From Candidatus Parcubacteria bacterium (lineage in GTDB: Bacteria > Patescibacteriota > Minisyncoccia > Phycocordibacterales > UBA5272), in NCBI GenBank assembly GCA_039796775.1, contig JBDKJD010000004.1:6103-70102 (forward strand): 64,000 bases of DNA. Direction: 5' to 3'. Each line of letters begins with the position of its first letter. Position 1 is the first letter of the stretch. The notes beneath the pieces are model-generated. The model worked only from the letters and a program-made list of their open reading frames with translations, was not told the DNA's origin and made no database searches. Of the stretch, positions 58,096-64,000 are shown one piece after another. A program made the translations under genes and the position numbers.

Positions 58096-58262
58096 CAGAA
58101 TATAAAATACCCATCTAACAAAGTGATGGGTATTTTATATTCTGCAGTATTAGATGTACGACACCTACGTGTCGCACATCAGGAATCGAATGGGGGGGTC
58201 GCGGAACTTTATCGACGAACACAGTGAGGAGAAGCTCTGTGACCGAACTTCCTGGCGAGAGA
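58096..58262 (+). repeat. tRNA-Arg trailer element
   Basis: Hairpins, inverted T-arm copy caggaatcgaa (58180-58190), direct copy ttcctggcgagag (58249-58261). Confidence 0.8.
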
Positions 58263-58336
58263 AAGGAAGTGCATATCCCTATGTCAGATCAGAAAATCAA
58301 AATCCCCTTTCGGGGATTTTGATTTTTATAATATAT

Positions 58337-58603
58337 TTACTTCGCAACCTTAGCTACTGCTTTTGCTAGACGGGATTTCTTACGGTCTGCTTGGCCTTTT
58401 TTGATTGTGCCACGCTTAGCTGCCTTGTCGAGCGCCTTGAATGCTAATGATAAATCTTTTTGTGCAGTTTTTGAATCTTTTGCGATAACGTCTTTGCGTA
58501 CAACTTTTACTGCTTCTTTCATAGTACGACGAAGAGTGTCATTAAACACTCTTTTGCGAGTACTTACACGAATTTGACGTTTTGCTGTTTTGGTAATTGC
58601 CAT
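58337..58603 (-). CDS. rpsT: 30S ribosomal protein S20
   Basis: KTAKRQIR..KALDKAAKRGTIKKGQADRKKSRL. Confidence 0.96.
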   Translation of the reverse strand: MAITKTAKRQIRVSTRKRVFNDTLRRTMKEAVKVVRKDVIAKDSKTAQKDLSLAFKALDKAAKRGTIKKGQADRKKSRLAKAVAKVAK

Positions 58604-58761
58604 AAATGCTTGATATTAGTTACTAGTGCCTAAAGTTTTTGAATAGTATGATACTAACACATTTTTAATATTATGCAAAGAAAAAAGGAATAAACACACC
58701 TAACTCTAAGCAATAATATAACCCTCTAGCCACTAATCACGAACGACTATATACTGTTTTT

Positions 58762-59322
58762 ATGATTGGATATCTTTCTGGAAAAATAATCGAATCTTTT
58801 GGTGATCACGTACTCCTCGATGTAAATGGTGTTGGGTACAAAATATTAGTCCCCGTCTCCCTGGCTGTCTCAGCAGAAAAAGGAGACGCTCATGCTTTTT
58901 TTGTACACACACATGTACGAGAAGATCAATTAACCTTGTATGGTTTCAGAGAAAGTTTAGAGCTCTTTGTTTTTGAAAAACTTATCAGTGTTTCTGGTAT
59001 TGGACCTAAAAGCGCACTTTCCATGTTGTCACTCTCCTCGCCTTCTTCTATCGCTTCTTGTATAGAGCAAGGTGACGCTGAGCAATTATCACGTACTCCA
59101 GGGGTAGGTAAAAAAACCGCTGAAAAAATTATCCTCGAATTACGTGGCAAATTAACCCACCTCATCACAACCGAACACTCCAAAGAAGAAGACGAGGTAA
59201 GGCTAGCTCTTGAAGCGCTAGGTTATGGAACTAAAGAAATTAATGCTGTTATAAAAAAAATAGACATCGAAAAAAAATCAACGAGCGCCATTATCAGAGA
59301 AGCTCTCAATCTTTTACATTAA
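58762..59322 (+). CDS. ruvA: Holliday junction branch migration protein RuvA
   Basis: MIGYLSG, NGVGY, VREDQLTLYGF, VSGIGPKSAL, PGVGKKTAE. Confidence 0.97.
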   Translation: MIGYLSGKIIESFGDHVLLDVNGVGYKILVPVSLAVSAEKGDAHAFFVHTHVREDQLTLYGFRESLELFVFEKLISVSGIGPKSALSMLSLSSPSSIASCIEQGDAEQLSRTPGVGKKTAEKIILELRGKLTHLITTEHSKEEDEVRLALEALGYGTKEINAVIKKIDIEKKSTSAIIREALNLLH

Positions 59323-59328
59323 TTTCTT

Positions 59329-60609
59329 ATGTTAGAACAAATCCTTCGCCTCATTGAGCGTTATATACCAAAAAAAATATATAGATTCTTCCAACCTTTT
59401 TATCATCTTGTGTTAGCCATTATTGGAACAGTGCTCTATAGAAAACCTTCTAGAAAAATAACAGTAATTGGTATAACTGGTACCAAAGGTAAATCTTCTA
59501 CAACTGAGTTTGTTAATGCCGTTCTTGAAGCAGCGGGCAAAAAGACAGCCATACTTTCTACCATTCGTTTCAAAATAGGTGACACAACCAAAGCTAACAA
59601 GTATAAGATGACCATGCCTGGGAGATTCTTTACACAGAAGTTTCTTCATGATGCAGTGCGGGCGCATTGCGAATATGCGATAGTGGAGATGACATCTGAA
59701 GGTGCTAAGTTCTTTCGCCACATTGGCGTTGAGATGGATGCACTCATCTTCACCAATCTCTCCCCTGAACACATAGAATCTCATGGTTCATTTAATAAGT
59801 ATAAGAATGCGAAGCTACGACTTGTGAAGCATTTAGCTAAAAGCAAAAAACCTAATCGTATGTCGATTGCCAATATCGACAATGAACATGGTCACTCTTT
59901 TCTCATCCATGATGTAGAAAAAAATATTGGCTACTCTCTAAAAGAAGTCAACCTACTTGAGGAAAATACTTCTCTTAGTAGAATAGAGTACAAAGGAGTA
60001 GAGATGGTCATACCTCTTCCTGGAAGATTCAATATTTTAAACGCACTCTCTGCTATCAAACTTGCTGAGGAGTACGCTATACCTTTAGAAACAATCAAGA
60101 TAGGACTCGAAGGTCTCACCATAATTCGTGGAAGAGTGGAGCGAGTCGAGGCAGGTCAAGACTTTACTGTTATAGTTGACTACGCTCACACAGATGACTC
60201 TCTCAAAAAACTGTATGATGCATTCCCTTCTTCTCGTAAGATAGCAGTGCTTGGATCAACTGGAGGTGGACGTGATTCTTGGAAGCGTCCTGTGCTTGGA
60301 AAGATTGCAGATGAAAACTGTGATGAAATAATCATTACTAATGAAGACCCGTACGACGAGGATCCGATGCACATCATTAACGCTGTTGCGTCCGGCGTGA
60401 CACGACACACACCGATAATTATTGAAAACAGAAGAGAAGCTATTGCAAAAGCATTACAACTAGCAAGGACTGGGGACACAGTACTCATCACCGGTAAAGG
60501 CACTGACCCGTATATAATGGGACCAAATGGAAGCAAGGAAGAGTGGGATGACGTAACCGTGGCGAAAGAAGAACTGGAGAAGCTCTTGGCTCTTGGCCGT
60601 CAGTATTAA
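59329..60609 (+). CDS. murE: Mur ligase, MurE-like
   Basis: GITGTKGKSST, EMTSEG, TNLSPEHIE, VDYAHT, GGGRD, GKG. Confidence 0.85.
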   Translation: MLEQILRLIERYIPKKIYRFFQPFYHLVLAIIGTVLYRKPSRKITVIGITGTKGKSSTTEFVNAVLEAAGKKTAILSTIRFKIGDTTKANKYKMTMPGRFFTQKFLHDAVRAHCEYAIVEMTSEGAKFFRHIGVEMDALIFTNLSPEHIESHGSFNKYKNAKLRLVKHLAKSKKPNRMSIANIDNEHGHSFLIHDVEKNIGYSLKEVNLLEENTSLSRIEYKGVEMVIPLPGRFNILNALSAIKLAEEYAIPLETIKIGLEGLTIIRGRVERVEAGQDFTVIVDYAHTDDSLKKLYDAFPSSRKIAVLGSTGGGRDSWKRPVLGKIADENCDEIIITNEDPYDEDPMHIINAVASGVTRHTPIIIENRREAIAKALQLARTGDTVLITGKGTDPYIMGPNGSKEEWDDVTVAKEELEKLLALGRQY

Positions 60610-60656
60610 GCAAAAAACAAAGCCGCGCTACGCGCGGCTTCTCACTTCACAATGAC

Positions 60657-61004
60657 TCAAATAGTAACCCCTGCTCGTGCAAGTGAATCCTTGATTTCCT
60701 GCATTCTCGCAGGGCCGATGCCACGAATCTTCTGACCATTTCTCAGTTTTTCAACCAAAGCACCAATGGTCGTGAAGGGCATATTTTGATACAGCACGAG
60801 ACGTGTATTTTTGCTCAAGCCAAATCTTAGACGCAACTCATCAACTTCTTCTTTCAAAAGTGAAGGTTTGATCTTTGGTGGAGTGGGTACTGGCACTGTT
60901 TTACTAACAGCCTTGAGTGCTTTTTTTGCCGCGCGTTTAACGCGGTGATTTCTTTTGTTACGGGTGGATGCTCTTATTTTTTTCTTGGACTTGGTTCTAG
61001 CCAT
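60657..61004 (-). CDS. basic-tailed protein with RNAP alpha-CTD-like HhH domain
   Basis: GGAGG + ATG at 61004; K/R-rich N-half; LSKNTRLVL..TIGALV..IRGIGPARMQEIKDSL. Confidence 0.6.
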   Translation of the reverse strand: MARTKSKKKIRASTRNKRNHRVKRAAKKALKAVSKTVPVPTPPKIKPSLLKEEVDELRLRFGLSKNTRLVLYQNMPFTTIGALVEKLRNGQKIRGIGPARMQEIKDSLARAGVTI

Positions 61005-61131
61005 GATGGCCTCCATTAAAAACATGATAATCCTCTTTCGAGGGCCTATGTGGATACTCTCACATTCCTCAACCTCTTTCAAGTCTTGCATTTTTCTATC
61101 ATCTACTGTCTACTGTCTTTAATCTACTCTT

Positions 61132-62052
61132 ATGCCAGAACTTCCAGAAGTACACACAACAGTAACGGGGCTGCAGAAAGTATTGCCTGGGCTTTCTATT
61201 ACCGATGTGTGGTCTGATATGTGGAGCACTTCGAAGCTAACGAGGAATACGATCAAAGACAAAACGTACTTTCCCTACTTTAAAAAATACACACTTAATC
61301 AAAAGGTGCTTCAAGTTCGTCGTCGAGCAAAACATATTCTCATCGACCTTAAAAACGGGTTCACCATTATCATGCACATGAAGATGACGGGGCATATCAT
61401 GTACGGCAGTTATAGGCAGGATAAAAAATATAATGGACGCGAATGGAGCTGGGTGCCAGTTAAAAAGAACACGCCCTTATCTGATCCTTACAACCGGCAC
61501 ATCCACGTTGTCTTCATGCTTTCAGATGGCAAGCAGCTAGTCTTCTGTGACCCCAGAAAGTTCGGCACCATAGTAGTAGAAAAAACAGATACGTTACACA
61601 AGGAGAGATTGGCGCACCTTGGACCAGAGCCTCTTGAAACGACATTCACCCAAAATGACTTCAAGGAACGGATTATGAAATCCCCTACTCGGGCAATCAA
61701 AACAGTGCTCATGGATCAATCTATCATTGCAGGTATTGGCAATATTTACTCTGATGAAATGTTACACAGAGCTCATATTCTTCCAACTCGAACAGCAAAG
61801 TCTCTTACTGGGATGGAATGGAAACTTCTCTTCACTTCAATGAAGGAGGTCCTTGTGAAAGGAATAGATTTTGGTGGCGACTCAACGAGTGACTATCGCA
61901 ACATTACTGGTGCGCGTGGCGCTTTTCATGAAAATCATCTCGTCTACCTTCGCACCAAGAAACCGTGTCTTACAAAAAAGTGTGGCGGGATAATTGAGAA
62001 GTTAACCCTCGGAGGCCGCAGTGCACACTTTTGCAGAACCTGTCAGCGCTGA
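61132..62052 (+). CDS. mutM: formamidopyrimidine-DNA glycosylase
   Basis: MPELPEV, RRAKH, HMKMTG, DPRKFG, GIGNIYSDE, C-terminal Zn finger. Confidence 0.96.
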   Translation: MPELPEVHTTVTGLQKVLPGLSITDVWSDMWSTSKLTRNTIKDKTYFPYFKKYTLNQKVLQVRRRAKHILIDLKNGFTIIMHMKMTGHIMYGSYRQDKKYNGREWSWVPVKKNTPLSDPYNRHIHVVFMLSDGKQLVFCDPRKFGTIVVEKTDTLHKERLAHLGPEPLETTFTQNDFKERIMKSPTRAIKTVLMDQSIIAGIGNIYSDEMLHRAHILPTRTAKSLTGMEWKLLFTSMKEVLVKGIDFGGDSTSDYRNITGARGAFHENHLVYLRTKKPCLTKKCGGIIEKLTLGGRSAHFCRTCQR

Positions 62053-62120
62053 TTCAGCTAAAGATTTAGATTTTACCTCTCCACTAGCAACTAGTAACTA
62101 GTAACTGTAAACTAGAGCCC

Positions 62121-62279
62121 ATGGGAGTCATTCTTAAAATTTTCTTTGGGTTCTGGATAATATGGATACTCTGGTACATAACAGGAGGACCTCTTCGAGA
62201 CGATAAGACTAAGCCATATATTGGCCCTAATGCTTCTGGACAATTAGAAACATTTGGAACATCTTCAAAACCTAGATAA
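62121..62279 (+). CDS. 52-aa single-TM protein (not in ORF track)
   Basis: MGVILKIFFGFWIIWILWYITGGPLRDDK.. Confidence 0.55.
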   Translation: MGVILKIFFGFWIIWILWYITGGPLRDDKTKPYIGPNASGQLETFGTSSKPR

Positions 62280-62408
62280 TCAGGTAGCGGACTGGCGTTT
62301 TTGTCAAATATTTGATAGGATAATGTGACGTTATTTGTCTTTTGTTTTTAGAAATATGTATTCTGTATTTTACTAAGAACTAAAAACTAGTAACTAAAAA
62401 CTATTCCA

Positions 62409-62481
62409 GTCCCTATAGCTCAGTCGGTAGAGCAGCTGCCTTTTAAGCAGACGGTCGAAGGTTCGATCCCTTCTGGGGGCA
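62409..62481 (+). tRNA. tRNA-Lys(TTT)
   Basis: TAGCTCAGTCGGTAGAGC, CT-TTT-AA loop, GGTTCGATCCC. Confidence 0.94.
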
Positions 62482-62683
62482 CATGAAACAATAAACATCT
62501 CTTTTACTGAAGAGGTGTTTATTGTTTTAATGTTGCTTCGCATACGGATCGAACCGAAGGCTCTTATTTTTAAGGAGTGAAGCGACTATAAAAATAATGA
62601 GTTTCGACTGAAAGGAGGGGCGATCCCTTCTGGGGACTCAAAAAGAAAACGCCTAATGGTGTATCTTTCTTTTTGAGTCCCCA
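62482..62683 (+). repeat. tRNA-Lys trailer element
   Basis: Hairpin, inverted ggatcgaacc (62546-62555), direct cgatcccttctgggg (62621-62635), second hairpin. Confidence 0.78.
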
Positions 62684-62777
62684 AGAGTGAGCCAACTACT
62701 TGTCTTATTTAAGATAAGAGCAAAAACACCACCCTCTCCACTTCTCAGTCATTGGTTAGCACTATACACTACTTGGT

Positions 62778-63809
62778 ATGAATAAACCTTATCTGATAAG
62801 TGGTGGAATAGGGACACTTCTAATAATCATCTCCTTGATCTATTATTTCTATTCCAACAATGAAACATCACGTAATCAATGTGAGCAGGACATCATGATA
62901 TGTGCTGATGGGACAACGGTCGGAAGAGTGTATCCATCGTGTGAATTCGATATTTGTAAGGATTCAATATCCCCTATTATCACACAACAATTAGAATCAA
63001 AACCTATTGATGAAGCGAGTCTCTTGGAACAAGTCGCAACCAAAACACCAAAAGAAATACTACCCAAAAAAGAACGAGTTCCTCTCTCTGTTGCTCCCCC
63101 AAAAGACAACACACTAATTACTGTCATCGAAAAGACTCTTGGCTCTTTTGTGTCTTTGTTTTCTCAAAACAATACCCCTTCTTCATCAACAAATAACCAA
63201 ACCGTACCAAATAGTAACAACACTCCAACAAAAACATATAACGATGAGCGCTACTCAGTTAATAATGGCACAATTATAGATAGTAACGGTAACGCTGTCG
63301 CAGCCCTCCCACCTTCATCGTATACATCAACCAGTTCTGGTTCTTCATGGGAAACTCATACAGTGAACGCTATTAGTGTTGGATCAACAACTCCTGTGGT
63401 TGATGGTGTTCCTGTTGAAGGACAGGTTGGCAAATATTATATAAGTGAAAATTCTTTTGGTAATAGAGAGTTGTGCGAATTCTCAAACAGAATATACATA
63501 TTCGACTCTATCACTAATGATAAAGTGTTACTCTACGAAGAAAACACTTCAACCCTTTCACAAGACGATGAACGTGCATGTAATAGCGAAATATTCCTCC
63601 TAGCAACAGAGGAACAAAAACTTATTTTTAAATATCACACCATTAACACTAATATGATCTGTGAAAGCACGTGGAGTGCGCCTCATAATACATGGTATTT
63701 GAATGTAACCACCATCACTTCATCATCACGATACCCAATCAGCAACGAACGCTATGAAGATGCTGAGACAAAAGAACTTGTCTGTCGGTCCAATCTTGAG
63801 ACACAATAA
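62778..63809 (+). CDS. membrane-anchored surface protein with Cys motif
   Basis: N-terminal TM, CEQDIMICADGTTVGRVYPSCEFDIC motif, S/T-rich linker. Confidence 0.7.
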   Translation: MNKPYLISGGIGTLLIIISLIYYFYSNNETSRNQCEQDIMICADGTTVGRVYPSCEFDICKDSISPIITQQLESKPIDEASLLEQVATKTPKEILPKKERVPLSVAPPKDNTLITVIEKTLGSFVSLFSQNNTPSSSTNNQTVPNSNNTPTKTYNDERYSVNNGTIIDSNGNAVAALPPSSYTSTSSGSSWETHTVNAISVGSTTPVVDGVPVEGQVGKYYISENSFGNRELCEFSNRIYIFDSITNDKVLLYEENTSTLSQDDERACNSEIFLLATEEQKLIFKYHTINTNMICESTWSAPHNTWYLNVTTITSSSRYPISNERYEDAETKELVCRSNLETQ

Positions 63810-63840
63810 CAATAGTATACCTACACCCTTCTTCTTGTTA

Positions 63841-64000
63841 TTAGAGCTTGAGTAGTAGCTTCTCTATCTCATCTTCTGTTGTCGTTATACCCTTGTGAGC
63901 ATTGATAAACGCATAGACTATGGATCGTGCGAAGTCTTCGCATTCTACTTTATTAAAACGAGTTGCCTTTTTGTGAAGAGTTGCTTCCCATATTGTTTTG
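63841..64000 (-). CDS. 3' end of a hypothetical gene (partial)
   Basis: Open frame KTIWEATLH..EKLLLKL* from the window edge. Confidence 0.45.
   Translation of the reverse strand, partial: KTIWEATLHKKATRFNKVECEDFARSIVYAFINAHKGITTTEDEIEKLLLKL

Noticed and set aside
1-64000. CRISPR array, cas genes or rRNA
   Set aside because: No regularly spaced identical repeats with spacers and no cas or rRNA signatures seen

Overview
AT-rich (roughly 38% GC by eye) bacterial window whose gene content and style fit a Patescibacteria/CPR (Parcubacteria-like) genome; this taxonomic call is inference. Most genes are on the minus strand. Housekeeping genes include ndk, rpsR-ssb-rpsF, tatD, metG, recO, ileS with a T-box, argS, dcd-dut-thyX-tmk, rplK-nusG-secE, queA, pyrG, rplS, rluA, ruvX, rpsT, ruvA, murE, mutM and seven tRNAs. 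Main oddities: (1) behind tRNA-Ser lies a ~9.5 kb array of single-gene modules separated by tRNA-3'-like scars, two of them bounded by halves of one ~128-bp repeat with 17-bp terminal direct repeats, next to a large serine recombinase element carrying an AbiEii-WYL fusion; (2) four tRNAs have structured trailer elements containing an inverted and a direct copy of that tRNA's own 3' end; (3) a decayed diversity-generating retroelement with TR, VR, hairpin, a frameshifted target and an internally deleted RT; (4) adjacent thyX and tmk each carry one in-frame TAG near the N-terminus; (5) a candidate short 6S-like RNA; (6) an ultrashort-Stem-I ileS T-box; (7) many apparently leaderless genes. All alignments and counts were done by eye and no database search was run.
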